Under the pieces are notes generated by a model. That model saw only the letters and a list, made by a program, of their open reading frames with translations, made no database searches and was not told the DNA's origin. The position numbers were made by a program, and so were the translations under genes. From Podarcis gaigeae (taxonomy: Eukaryota): DNA of 64,000 nucleotides. Every line of letters starts with the position of its first letter. The stretch's first letter is position 1. Positions 42,457 to 56,045 of this stretch are shown here, in pieces. The stretch lies in NCBI GenBank assembly GCA_964106915.2, contig OZ066919.1; one strand, given 5' to 3'.

Positions 42457-43288
42457 TCATATGTTCACTTACTTCCATGGGACAGGGAAGGAAAGAGGTA
42501 TAGCTAAGCCAAAATGCATTTCAGTGATACCCAGTGTACCATTCCACTTTCTTTCACTTGAATTGCTATTGCACCACTCACAATGCCACAAAATAGGCGT
42601 TTTGCATGTGCATTTCTTTATTGCAAACGTTCTGTATCCCTCTTTTTTTCCAAGGAGGCCATGGGATAATCAGTTCTGCACTTCACAGCAGCCATGTAAA
42701 CTGATTTTGACTAAGAGTTATCATGTGCTATAGGTCATTCAAAGAGTGTCATGGCCCAGCAGAATTTGAATCCCAGTCCCTGCAGTTCAAGCTCAACACT
42801 ATATCCTGTTTCACATGGGCTCTGCACCATACTGGCCACAGTTATCCAGAGCCAGCAGATCTGGATTATAATATTCTGTTACCAGGAATAAAGCACACAA
42901 ACATTCAATCCCCGAGAACTGTAGTTTACCCCTCAAAGAACTACAATCCCTCCCCTTAGTAAACTAAAGTTCACAGGATTTTTTGAGGGGTGTGTGTGCT
43001 TTAAATATTATTTGAATATATAGTGTGTAAGCAGCCCAGAGGAAGGTCTGCTAAAGCAGCCTGTGGCACATTTGCTAAATCATTAGTTCTTTTTATTCTT
43101 ATTTGCGAACACTGATTTATTTAGGAATTTCAAGAAATTCACTGATAATTTAATTAGTATTAATCCTCAATTCTCCAGAGATGAGTGATATAAATAAATG
43201 TGAACTAATTTCCTCCAAGTCTTGGGGAGATCATGTTTAGGGGATCAATGGAACAGTTTCCCAATCCTGTTTGTATGGTTGTGCAGAT

Positions 43289-43855
43289 CATAGCTGTCAA
43301 CTTACAGATTTGAAAATAAGGGACCAGCAGCCAAAATAAGGGACCTGCAGCATCACCTGTTCCAGGCACTCCAGTCTTCCTGTCCTCCTGCTGTCTGGTC
43401 AAACTCATGCTGGTAGCTTCGAGAACACTGTCCAACCAACTTTGTAACCAGAGGTTCAACTGAATAGAATCTGAATCACATGCACCACAAGACCTATGCA
43501 GCCTCAACCTAAGATGGCTCCCTGGCCTGGCTTTGCACTGCAAAGTTTGCAGCAGCACGTGCAACAAAATGGCGTCCAGCATTCAAAAAACCCCTCAGCT
43601 TGCATTAACTAGGCACACACAATGCATGCAAGCTCCACCCCCCAGTCATTCTTAGACTTCCTAGCAACACAGCCAAGCAACACAGTTGGAGCCTCCCTCC
43701 TCCCTGGCCAGCAGGGAGAGGAGCTGTTTCCTTTGAAATTTAAGGGACATCACTTAAGGGACATTTAAGGGACATCCATCAATAAGGGACAGCAGCGGGA
43801 CATGGCGCTGGAATAAGGGACTGTCCCTTCAAATAAGGGACACTTGACAGCTATG
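43289..43855. mobile_element. Non-autonomous hAT element with subterminal AATAAGGGAC motif arrays
   Basis: 12-bp TIR CATAGCTGTCAA; perfect 8-bp TSD GTGCAGAT. Confidence 0.92.
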
Positions 43856-46800
43856 GTGCAGATGCAGAGATTGTTCAAGCCACTCATTGGTTCTAATCAC
43901 ATGTTTTAGCTATTGTAACATACTCTCTGCTTTTCTGAGCTGTGAAAAGTTCTGGCCTAGCTTAGGAAATTGCTACAGTTTGTGTGAAAGGGCAATGAAG
44001 ATTTGTGGAAGCTTCATGTTTTCTCTGTTATTTAGAAATACAGCATAGACGAAGAACAGATAAAGTAAGCAATCACTCCTACAGCAGGTAAGTACATCTT
44101 GCATCAGGGCCGCAAAGAGCAATGGTACTTGAATAATATTTCAGTTTTGTACAGGTCACAGATCTCTCTTCCACTTAAATTCCAACTACAAAACTCCCCA
44201 AAGGTTTTGTGACCCTCCTCTCACTACTTGTGAGAGTCTTCTTCTAAAACAGGGAAGATAGGCTTTGCAGCCATAAAGGCACATTAACATTCTTTAGTCA
44301 ATTTCATGGTGTGCATTGCAGACTGCAGGAATTCAGCACTGGTAGAGCAATTAACACTAGAAAATCACATACAATTCACATCTCACATATCATAGCACCT
44401 GTATTCAAGCACTGCTTCCTCCACTTAGTTAAAGCGTGAACTGCCCATTGAGCAAACGACAGGTGATTGCTAACCATTTGCAACCAAAACAGCTTGGCAA
44501 AGGATAGCCAGGCAATATCCAGAGCACCATATTGTATTGTGACAGCTTTTGCATAGAACTGAGAGTGAAACTAAGGTATCAGGCTGTCAACACTCTACTT
44601 TTTACATGTTTCTGGTAATGTCCGATCGTATTACACAATGTGATTCCAATGAGAGTTTCCTCACGCCACAAGATTGGTTGTCAATAGCAGAGAAAAGGAA
44701 AAGGCACCGTGAGATAATGTCACATCCCATATTGTGTGATAGAGGTCCGTATCACTTGTATTTAAAAAACTGAGTTTTATTTTGGGCTTCAATTCAATTA
44801 AATAAATGTTAAGGGAATACCTTATGACTGATCAATCAGTGTGGAAATTCCATCATTGCTTACATTTTTTGTGGAGGCTCCCCAGTGCATTTTGGAAACC
44901 TGGAAAAGCAGGATTCTAAATTATTTGGGAAGCATTCGTGGATTCAAAAGGCTCCTCACTTCATATAGTCACTTTCTATGACGTGAGGAAAATATAGCAA
45001 TGGAGAGGCAGACCTAGTGTGGCCATCCACACTGCCCTCTGTAAAATGCTTCAGTGCCCTTTTTGTGAGTCCTGAAAAGTGTTATTGTCTCTCCTTCAAC
45101 GTAGCCAGCGAGCTTGGAAAGGGAAGGTCACCTCCCACTAACTACTTGGAAGAGAGGCCTCCTGTTCCTCTAAATAGCATCAGAAAATAGAATTTTTCTC
45201 CCTTTTACATAGAGTCATTCAATAAAGCCAAATGCTGGAAGACTCAGGACACACAAAAGGAACTTCTTCCGACAGTGAATAATTAAACTATAGCATTCGT
45301 TGCTGCAAGATTTAGTGATGGCCATCAACTTAGGTGACTGAGAGGCGTTATGAAATATGCCAGAGGAATAAAGTTGGCAATTATTATTAACCATGATGGC
45401 TGTGTACCAATTTCAGCACTGCAGGTTCTATATCTCTGGGTACCAAGTGTCGGGCTTTACCAGTAGGCTTGGTGCTATTGTGCTTATGTCCTGCTTGTGA
45501 GCTTCCCAAAGGCCACTGTTTGGCCACTAAGAGAACACAATGATAGATTTGATGGGCCTATGGCTTGATCCAAAAGGACACTTCTTATTTTCTTAGCTTC
45601 TGGGGTTTGGGGGTTGTGTACTGCTAGATGCTCTGCATCTAGTGAGAAGCTCTTCCCAGGCAAACTGGCAAGTAGATTTGCAGGTGCTTGCCATTAAATA
45701 ACTAACATCAAAAACAAAAAAGCAACATCTTGGTGTGAAAAAATCTAATGAAATAAAAGCAGAACACATAACAGAGCTGTGTATATCTTTTTGTGATGGA
45801 GTCCACAACCACTTTTGTGTTTGTTCCTTAGCAGCCTGCAATTCCTGCCTTCACAATAATTATCTCTATTATGGCACCAAATGGGGGCTCAGCAAGGAGT
45901 TCTCTGGGATCTTCTATCTGATGTAATTTCTAAGTTAACGGGGAAGCACAAGATGATCTGAGAGTAGCATACATTCCAGGGGAACGAATCATATTTTCAT
46001 GGTGATAAACCTGTTACTGCAGGAGGCAATTATTTCCAATTTGGTTCTCTCTCCTGCCTCCTTGCAGAAATGTGAAAACAGGGGAGGCTTAAGGGTTATC
46101 AAACCCATGGCAAGCTCTTTGGGTTTGATAAGAGTACACTATACCTACTGAACTTGGAGATAACATTTAAAAAAATTATGCTTGCAGATGGATTTAATCT
46201 TTTTGAAAATGAAGTTATTTATTGTGGCAGGATCATCATTAGACACTTTGCTTAACAGATTCCACCTACTCTCAAGAACCAGCTCACAAATCGCTGTTCT
46301 CTCACGAACTTTCTCTGAGGGCCAAGCTACATGACTAACCTGACATACTAAAAATGTTGGTTATTCAGTGGCTCTGTAGAGAATTGGTACATGGGAACAA
46401 AGTCCAGCAAAGACTTGACCTATTGAAATAAATGAACCTAAGATCGTCATGTTTATTACTTTCAATGAGCCTACTTTGAGTAGAACTAACACCGGTTACA
46501 ACCTCCAAATATTTAAACAGGTTCACATGTTACAGTCACTGAGTGTACAGTCTGTGTACGCAATAGTTGTGCTGTGCAACTCAACAAGTGTACACTTTCA
46601 CACAAAAACTTGTACATGCATAAAAACCATCTGTTCTTTTATTCATTGTAACACGTGAGCAAGCCTTTGAGTTGAATGTGTAAGCAATCCTAAAGAGAAG
46701 AACTGAGGGGGGGGGGCAAGGAATAAAGACAGTCTTTCTTCTCTTTCCCCCCAGCAATTCCTCACTGTTTCCTACTTCTCTATGAGTTTGCATCCAGTCC

Positions 46801-47882
46801 AATCTAGTCATTGCTCTTCTTCCCAATTTTGACTCATCTGTACATTTGCAAATGTGATAAGCTCATATTCCCCTGTTAAGAGAAACTGAGACGACATCAG
46901 GGGTGTGTGTGTTAGCAAATGGATGAACGCTGAAGAGAAAAGCTCACATTTAAAAATCTGAAGACCTTTAGAAACCTGCTCTAATCTCTGTGCTCTGCAG
47001 ATAAGGATTGTCCACTGCATGAACTCCTGCAATGAATATTTGGCATAACAGTGATGCATTTGGATTGTTAAAAGATTCTCTCTCCCACCCAGCCCCCTTT
47101 CTCTTACACACACTTTTAGTGTGGGATGATAAATGAAAAGTTCATCTTCAGCTTTCAAAATATATATTTAAAATGTTGAAATTGGGGGTGGGGTGAGAGA
47201 ATCAAAGGTGAGCCTAGGCAAACCTCAGTAGCCATGCCAAAAGAAAATGTCTGTTGTCAGATGTTGTCTCCTATACCTCTGAGTCTGGGCTTCGTCTCCT
47301 ATACCTCTGAGTCTGGGGACAACTTTGATGTTAATTTTGGTGCAAAATTTCCTGTAAGGAACGTGAGCACCCACCTCCCCCCCCCAGACCTTTCCCTGAC
47401 AACCTGCGGACTAGAATTTATATGAAAAGCAAGTAAGGAATTGCTCCTTTGTTCAAAGGCCCACCCCACTGCACAACACCTCCCCATTGTTGTGAAGCAA
47501 TGTCAGCAACAAGCTTGAGGTTTCTGACAGACTCTAACCCAAATTTCTTCTTCTTTCAGAATAAAAAGCTTTTTGCACCATACTGAATTTTTATTGATGA
47601 GAAATAGATTGGAAAAACAAGAAACAACCCCTAACAGTGCTTGATTTATGACACAGAACATAACTGCTTTATAATATGATCATGGGACACCCATGAAATA
47701 TAAAATAATACAGGTACATAAGAACACGAATCTGCAGGGATTCTCGCTTTTGATTTTCAGGCATGTCTGGAAGTCCCTTTTATGCCAACAGGCCTTTGGA
47801 GCTGTTTAAATTTATTAGCCAGCCAATTTCAAGATTATTTGTATGGTTTTTAATGGTGTTTTGTTTTTTTACTGCTCTGCAC

Positions 47883-48117
47883 CAGTGTTTCCCAAACATA
47901 CAATGATTGTGTAACCCTTTAGAAAGTTTAGTCTTACTGGGGTACCCCTTCTTTGGCAAAAATAATTTGGAGGTAGTTTTAATGACACTATTTTATCTTT
48001 GAATAATTTTCTGCAGTTAAAACAACTGTGATAATGTTTTACATTTTTTGCCATGTACCCTTTGAAACCATTTCATGTATCCCTGGGTATTTGAGTACCA
48101 CACTTAGGGAAACACTG
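47883..48117. mobile_element. Old hAT-Charlie-type MITE
   Basis: TIR CAGTGTTTCCC...GGGAAACACTG; TSD decayed. Confidence 0.7.
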
Positions 48118-48931
48118 CTTTACATCATATTGATATTTTATGATATGGTAGTGTAGAAATACTGTTATGAATGAATGAATGAATATCTCCATTGGAGACA
48201 TCTACCCACAAGTCATCCAGCCCTGTTTGTCAGGCTCCCCTGTGTGATCTTAGTCGGGGAGCAAAGTAATTCCTTCCTGCATGCTCTCTTCACAATGAAA
48301 ATCTGACTCTACATTTCCTTATGGTTGAGGAAAAATAAGATACATAGTTGCCTCCTATGGAAATTAAGCACATAGCTCATTTGGCATTTAGTGGCAAATA
48401 TCTGAAAAAAATAGGCATGGCTCCCAGGAATATAATTATATGAAACAAATAATTGCAAAGTTCGATGCTGTCTTCTCCTTCCAGTGCTATTAAGCAGGAT
48501 CAGCCTATAAAAGAGAGAAATCATCTTTGGAGGAAAGCATCTATAGCAGCTGCTGTGCCCAAAATTTGGTCTCTCTCCCTCAACTTTTACTAACCTGTAT
48601 TGATTACAGGTACTATTTGCACAGAATCAGGTATATAGGCCCAAATAATTCTGTATTTAATAGCTCCAAAAAGCATTTTCATGTCTTAAAGTTGTGACAG
48701 TCCTCATTGTTTTGGCATCCCCTTCAATATCCTAAACCAGATTGTCTCTGACTAGAACTGTAGGCAGAAACATTATGGTGAAGGGGAACTTTGGCAGCAG
48801 TGAATCATTGCAGAGCAGCCAAAACATAAATATAAGGAAGCTAAAATGTTTGTTGTTTGATTGTGTTGCTTAGTGAGCAACTGCCTACAATACTGCCTGT
48901 GTGCTTTTCCTTATATCTTATTTTAGCTATA

Positions 48932-49993
48932 CAGTGGTACCTCGGGTTAAGAACTTAATTCATTTTGGAGGTCCGTTCTTAACCTGAAACTGTTCTTAAC
49001 CTGAGGTACCACTTTAGCTAATGGGACCTCCCACTGCCGCCACCGTGCGATTTCTGTCCTCATCCTGAAGCAAAGTTCTTATTAAAAGAACTGACAGATG
49101 TGATCTCAGAACCACTGGCAGTCATCTTTGAGAATTCCTGGTCCTGGCAGACTGGAGGAGGGCAAATGTTGTCCCTATTTTCAAAAAGGGGAAAAGAGAG
49201 GACCCAAATAATTACCGCCCAGTCAGTCTGACATCAATACCAGGCTGGCTTGAGAGCAGTACATGTGAAAAGGATCTAGAAGTCTTGGTTGACCACAAAC
49301 TTGACATGAGCCAACAGTGTGACGCGGCAGCTTTAAAAGCCAATGCAATGCTGGGCTCCATCAATAGGAGTATAGCATCTAGATCAAGGGAAGTAATAGT
49401 GCGACTGTATTCTGCTCTGGTCAGACCTCACCTGGAGTACTGTGTCCAGTTCTGGGCACCACAGTTCAAGAAGGACAATGACAAACTGGAACGTGTCCAG
49501 AGGAGGGCAACCAAAATGGTCAAAGGCCTGGAAATGATGCCTTATGAGGAACGGCTAAGGGAGCTGGGCATGTTTAGCCTGGAGAAGAGGAGGTTAAGGG
49601 GTGATATGATAGCCATGTTCAAATATCAAGGATGTCACATAGAGGAGGGAGAAAGGTTGTTTTCTGCTGCTCCAGAGAAGCAGACACGGAGCAATGGATC
49701 CAAACTACAAGAAAGAAGATTCCACCTAAACATTAGGAAGAACAGTAAGAGCTGTTCAACAGTGGAATTTGCTGCCAAGGAGTGTGGTGGAGTCTCCTTC
49801 TTTGGAGGTCTTTAAGCAGAGGCTTGACAACCATATGTCAGGAGTGCTCTGATGGTGTTTCCTGCTTGGCAGGGGGTTGGACTCGATGGCCCTTGTGGTC
49901 TCTTCCAACTCTATGATTCTATGAACCTGAGGTACTAATTCTGTAACCTGAAGCATCTGTAACCCGAAGCGTCTGTAACCCGAGGTACCACTG
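48932..49993. mobile_element. Tc1/mariner-type MITE interrupted by a CR1
   Basis: TIR CAGTGGTACCTCGGGTTA...TAACCCGAGGTACCACTG; TA duplication. Confidence 0.9.
49082..49923 (+). mobile_element. CR1 LINE fragment, 5'-truncated and internally deleted
   Basis: [51 protein letters not shown]; tail ctctatgattctatga. Confidence 0.93.
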
Positions 49994-50289
49994 TACAGTT
50001 TTTTCTTTTGAATGAAACCTGAAAATTCATGGATGGGCTTAGGGAGGAAATCATAGAGCATTCCTCAAGGGGACAAGCCCTAGTGGAAACCAGCCTTATC
50101 CCCACTATTCATATCATCAGTTTTAATGTCATCATACCATGCAATGTTAATCATGACTTTCTTCTACCACAGGAGTGGGAAACCTTTGGTCTGGGGGTAA
50201 AAACATAGCCCTCCAGTCCTCTGTAACCCAGCCCAGGCCACATACCCCAATTTCCATACACTTCCATACCCTCCAGATGAAAACTACAA

Positions 50290-50440
50290 CGTTTATACCA
50301 CACCCATCTGATTGGGTAGCCCCAGCCACTCTGGGTGACTGCCAGCCTATACAAAAAAAATGATAAAACATTTGAAAACTTCCCTGTACTGGGCAGCCAT
50401 GAGAAGTCTTCTAAAGGTTGTATAGTTACTTTTCTCCTTG
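50290..50440 (-). mobile_element. L2 3' tail fragment
   Basis: cccatctgattgggtagccccagccactctggg matches the tail of the L2 at 63095-63260. Confidence 0.78.
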
Positions 50441-52700
50441 GCACAGGGGTCACATTTCTCCCATGAAAATAGGGATGTCCTACCATACTCTCCTAGATTT
50501 CTCTGATGACAATAGGGACATCCTAAGGCAAAGTGGGACATTCTGGGATCAAATAAGAAACCGGGATGGCTTCTGTAAATCCGGGACTGTCCCTGGAAAG
50601 TAGGGACACTTGAAAGGTCTGCACTTCTCAGTGGCTCCATTCCACATCTTCAAGTGCTTCTGCACATTCTTGAACTTTGAGAGAACCTCTTGCTTAAATG
50701 GATGGAAAGATGTGTGCATGCAGGTCAGTACACAAACCCACAACAGAATGTAGGCTACACCTTTTGCTCAGTCCACTTTTGCCTCTGGCCTTGCCCACCA
50801 GTGGCATGTAGCCTTCAGAAGCTTGAGCTGTAAAAGGTCCCCCCCTCCTGCTCTACTGCAGACACAGATATGGTCCAGTCTTGCAGATGTTGCCTATCCT
50901 TTACTGAATATGTATCACAGCCTTGGAGCTATCAGAACAAGACCCAGCAGTGGCAGCTCTAAGCCACTTAGGAACACAGTGCACTTTCTGCCAGAGTTTC
51001 CACAGAGACACGAAGTTTCATCAATCAACCAACTGCTTGCAGGGATCTCTTTTTTAAAAAAACAAAAGCCATTGATGGATAGAACCACTACCTGGATCTT
51101 TAGATTCAGGTGGATGCATGCAATCCTCTGTGAGTACTTAAAGCATCTTTATTTTGGGGGGGAAGAAACACAAAAATCTTTTATCTTCTTACATATGACA
51201 CACAATGTGAGACATTGGGGAAATCTATATCATAGGATAAACCTGAAGAGGCAAGACACAGAATAGTCTGTAAACCTTTTCTGCAAACAGAAAGTCATAT
51301 TGTGAGGTGACAACAGGGATCTTGTTCAAATCAAAGCAACCCAACAAACACAAGCTGATTCAGAGCAATAACTGAAAGGGTATCAAATTCCAAAAGACTA
51401 GCCATGTAAGTGGGTTATGAAGCTGGGAGTTATAGATACCTGTCAAAGTTCATTAGAAAACTAACCAGGATGCCAAGCAGAAAACTATGCAGTAGCTACA
51501 AGTGGCGGTAAACTCCAGATTCTGGGTCCATTTCACAGTGGAGTCCAGATCTTTTTAGGTTAGAGTCGAGTCTGAAGTGGATCCTGAATGGGGCATTTAA
51601 AGCATCCAAGCCCATCCATGCCACAAACATGGTCTGCCTCACTCCACCATTTTGTATTGGTCTAAGCAACTACATACTACTAGGAGAACATGTTTTGCCA
51701 TATTTCCATCCTGTGCCAGGCTCCATCTTGTCCCATTTGTGGGCGGATCCTTTTAGGGAAAATTCTCAAAAATGCTTTATAAAAATCCATATAGCTTTAC
51801 AAACAAATAAAAATGTAGCTACAAGGAAGTCTGAGACGGCATCTTTCTTTCTTTTAACACTTTACAGCTGCTTGGAGCAGGTCTGTTGCTGCGTAGTAAA
51901 AATATCTACATGTAAACAACTGTACATGTGTACAGCTCAACTTCTTATGTACACGGGTATGCAGATTGTACATCTGTTGAGTGTAATATGTAAACAGCCC
52001 TATTGTGTGATGAGTTGTACATGCAACTGAGAAGTGCCTAGCCGGTTGTGCGACATCCAGACCAATTTGGAAATCATGTAACGTCCCCATGGTACAACCC
52101 TTCCCACTGGCCCAGGCTAAATGGGTTATTGTGCAGGCAGCTTCAGGGGACACCTCTTCCCCTGTTGGGAAACCTTCCGTCAGGGCTAATTGGAGTCAGG
52201 GGTTGTTCCTTGCATGTGGGAGCTTTCTATTCATACATGCAAACAACTCTTTTCAGTGAACATCAAATGGACATTCATTGGGGGGATGGACCTATAACCG
52301 CCTCTGTGCATTCATTCAGTGGGAGACCAGCCAACCAGAAGAGTCTTTGAGGTGTACTTGCCTGGAGGCAGCATCAGCATCCAAAGTTAGGTCCAGTCCA
52401 AGGGTTGGGCAAACAGCAATCCACATGGTCCAAGGGCCAAGGAATCCAATAATTATGGGGTCCAGGGTCAAGATGAACAGGAAGCTGCAAGGTAGAGCCA
52501 GGAACTACTAGCAGTGTTTCCAGCATTTGGCTCTGCTTAGGAAGGCTGAAGCCAGCTGGTTCTCATTAGTGCCTTCTCCTCTGTGTCCTCAATGGCTGAT
52601 CAGCTGCAGGTGGAGTCACTCCCTCCTCTCCCCCTTCAGGCTGCTGTTCTGCAGGTGAAGCTGATTCCTGTCCCATGACAGTATACCTGGTTCTCTATAC

Positions 52701-52836
52701 CAGTGTTTCCCAACCTTGTGCCTCCAGATGTTTTTGGCCTACAACTCCCATCATCCCTGACCACTGGTCTTGCTAGCTAGGGATGATGGGAGTTGTAGGC
52801 CAAAAACATCTGGAGGCACAAGGTTGGGAAACACTG
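52701..52836. mobile_element. Perfectly palindromic hAT-Charlie-type MITE
   Basis: 58-bp perfect inverted arms, 20-nt loop, perfect TSD CTCTATAC. Confidence 0.95.
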
Positions 52837-53424
52837 CTCTATACTATTGAGACATCCCCATGGTTTCAGCATTTTCCATTATTGCTACTGCCTGGTTTTG
52901 TCCATTGTTGCATGATTTGCTCAGCCCTTTTGTTCTTACTGTGCACGTTTTAAAGTTCTTCACTGTTAGCTGTATTTAAACATTGTTTTATACAGTTCAA
53001 ATTGCCTCAGAAGGCCATATATTGAGATCTAATATTCATGGTAGTGATATCCATATTTTATAACTTGAAACAATAATGGCTCCACAACCATCAATGTACC
53101 AGAGAGGAAGAGAGAGCAAGCATAAAACAGAGCTGGAATGTAAACTCTGTATATTAAAAGGTGCCAATAAAAATGCATCCAGCTGGAGGTTTGCATAAAT
53201 GCTGCCCTGGTATTATGACAAAGGGCTGGATATTGTGTTTTAAATTATTAAATGGAAAATATGTGCTAACAAAAAAGAGCAACAAGCCATTTGGCATTAC
53301 ATAATTCCCCAACAAAATGCTAGCTTTTTAAAAAATGGATTAAAAATGCAAATAAACTAGCCCTGTACAGCTTGAGATCAACCAGGCCAAATGGAGCCAT
53401 GAACTGGCCTCAAAATAAAATCGA

Positions 53425-53780
53425 GGTACCATCTGCACTAAGCATTGAAAGCAGTATCGTACCACTTCCTCCAAAGAATTCTGGGAACTGAATTCATGCC
53501 TTCCCCCAAAGAATTCTGGGAACTGAAGTTTGGTCAGGGCCCTGACATTTGTTATCACAAACCCTATTCCCCTCAAAGAGTTACAGTTTTCAGAGCAGTT
53601 TAACCACCAATCCCTCTTCCCAAGGGACTCTGAGTGTTGGATCTCTGTGAGGAGAACAGGAATCTCCTAGCAACTCTTGGCCCCCTTAACAAACTATACT
53701 TCCCAGAATTCTTTCAAGGATGCCATGGCTGTTTAAAGAGGTATGCTGCTGCTTTAAATGTATAGTGCAGATGGGGGCTA
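53425..53780. mobile_element. Old MITE with long imperfect inverted termini (superfamily uncertain)
   Basis: ccatctgcactaagcattgaaagcag ... ctgctttaaatgtatagtgcagatgg; related pieces at ~25680-25870 and ~42890-43040. Confidence 0.65.
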
Positions 53781-53984
53781 CATCACAAATTGCATGAGTC
53801 ATGAGCCCTCCTGACACTGCTGATCCTGCAAACAGCTATCCTTTGAAACCTGCACTTCTACAATATTTGCAGTGAGATTCTCCAGACAAGTAATGTGCAC
53901 AAAAATGAATGTACTGAGGTAAAGTATGCATAGAAGTGCTTATATTAGCGGGGAGGGGAGGGGAAGGGGAGAGCAAAGCATTAT

Positions 53985-54236
53985 TGTTAAGTTGTGGGTG
54001 AACATATCAGACGACACAGTGATTCTTCAAACAGCTCTTGTTTATTCACAGGCCAGAACAGAACTGAACTGAAGGGTTCAGCCAGCCTACTTATATAGAG
54101 CTCCACTAGAACGCAACAGTAACCATTTTCTGTAACTATCCAATCACTGAATGTCACTTTTGATCCCTTATTTGCATATGTGGACCTGAACTATCTACAG
54201 TATCCCCCTGCAGGGTGAGAACTTCAGTACATAACA
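53985..54236 (-). mobile_element. Solo LTR, same family as 41820-42066
   Basis: TGTTA...TAACA termini; its own 5-bp TSD ATTAT. Confidence 0.88.
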
Positions 54237-55699
54237 ATTATATTAGTGAAAGAAATGTTTATATTAGGAGAAATTGGCACTAAAATGGTGATGGATTTTC
54301 ATGGGGTCTTAAAAAATATCAGAGAAAGGGTTTTGCTGTGTTTGTAGAGTTCTAAATTGGCTCTAAGTATTTTGCACATGCCTAGGATTTGTTATGTAGG
54401 GTTTTATATATCATTTGTCTTCACAGTGATGCTTAGGACTGGAAAGCAATGGGTTCCTTAGACCAGAAGGCTTGTCCTGGCATCCAGACAATTGCCTGAA
54501 GCTGCAAGTGGTTTATGACACTTTCACCATCATGTTCTACTTCCACTGTCAGAGGTGGCATACTTTCTGATGTCAATGGCTGGGAATCAAAAGTGGGGAG
54601 AGCGCTGTTGTGCACAGATCACACTTGTGGGCTTGTCAAAGGCATCTGGTTGGCCACAATTTAGTATCATCAGCAAAATGGTCAGGTATGATGGGAGCTG
54701 CCAGTTCGACAACACCTGGAAGGCCACACATTGGCTCCTGCTGAGCTAGGTGGACCAGTGGTGTGACTCAATATAAGTTTAATCTCCATGAATGAGTTCC
54801 CATTGACCAGTCCAACTCAGATTTACATGCAGAGGCATCTTTCCTTGTGCAGACTATGTTTGTTGGAGAAGGGACAATTGATTTCCACTGCTTTGTGGGG
54901 AAAGCATCTTCTTCTAAAATTCTTCATGGAGTTCAGTGTTAAGAGTTCAGCAACATCAAACAGGCTACACACAAAAACACACACACATTCCCAGAAGCCT
55001 GGAACAGCTTATTTATATGATGGAATATTTCACAAGACATTTTTTTTGTAATTGATTTTATTGCAGTCTGACAACACCTCCATATTTCTTGGCACTACAG
55101 AGCAATTAATCTGCCTTTAAGTGGTTAATTGGGTACCATTTGTACAAACTGTATGCACACATCCCATTTTGCAGTGGTGTCCTTCTTGAAGAAAGCAATT
55201 GCTGTGGGCTCTTTTCAATCTTCGAGCTCTCTGGGAGAAAGAGAGGCCAACTCTTGACTGCAATAATTGCTTTTAATTTCTGCTTGTTGTTTTTTGTTTT
55301 TTGAAAAAAATTTTTTTTCCATGAGTGATCATTCTAAAAATAGCCAGGTGAGGGATTAATTTCTTTTGTCAGAAAAACAAAAAACTGAAGACCAAAAAGA
55401 ATTTGCTGTTGTTTGGGTTATTTTTATGTATTAATTATAGGTCATGATACTTGCCGGCTGCTGAAATGTTTGCAATAATAATAATAATAATACTGTGAGT
55501 GCTCAATCAGGCCAATTCATCCATAATCAGGAGTCTTTTGAGGGGCAGATTGTTAGCAATGAGCGAAAGTATCCTATTCATTGGAGTCACAGGTGAGACT
55601 CTGTCATGTCAGTGCTGAATTGCCAGCAGCATCTTTGAGTGGGGTGAGGAGGATAAAATATGGACAGATGAGCTGGCTACTTGGTGCAGCACTATTCCA

Positions 55700-56045
55700 A
55701 ATCAGAGAGGCAGGCATGGGAGGGGGTGCTGTCCATAAAAATTCAATCTCTTTCACCAGAAGACTTCACTGTGCCTGGGTTTCTGGGATTGTTTGTGGTG
55801 ACAGGCCAAAGAGACAGAATGGGGGATGTATGGTAGTATACTATCCACCCCATTGTTCTACAACCTCCTTGACCAAGTCAATGGAAGTAGTCTCAGATGT
55901 GGTGCTGGAGAGCACTTTCATGATGGTGTTGATGGATTTCAATATCCAGGCCAAGGCTGCCTCAAATGGGCCAGCTCAGGACTTCATGGCCTCTGTGGCA
56001 ACCATGGGTATGTCTCAGTATGGAACTGGTCCAACGCATGTGACA
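55700..56045 (+). mobile_element. Degenerate L2-like AP-endonuclease fragment
   Basis: VYYPP...MVLMDFNIQ...AQDFMASVATMGMSQYGTGPTH resembles the YRPP, GDFNIH and PTH motifs. Confidence 0.7.

Noticed and set aside
43289-43855. CRISPR-like repeat-spacer pattern (AATAAGGGAC)
   Set aside because: Repeats are short and irregularly spaced, lie inside a TIR/TSD-bounded transposon, and the genome is eukaryotic with no cas genes.
47266-47317. 24-bp local tandem duplication (similar ones near 7875-7907 and 53470-53527)
   Set aside because: Ordinary slippage duplications with no sign of function.
41820-54236. A single 12-kb LTR retrotransposon bounded by the two similar LTRs
   Set aside because: Each LTR has its own TSD, and there is no gag/pol or primer-binding site between them.
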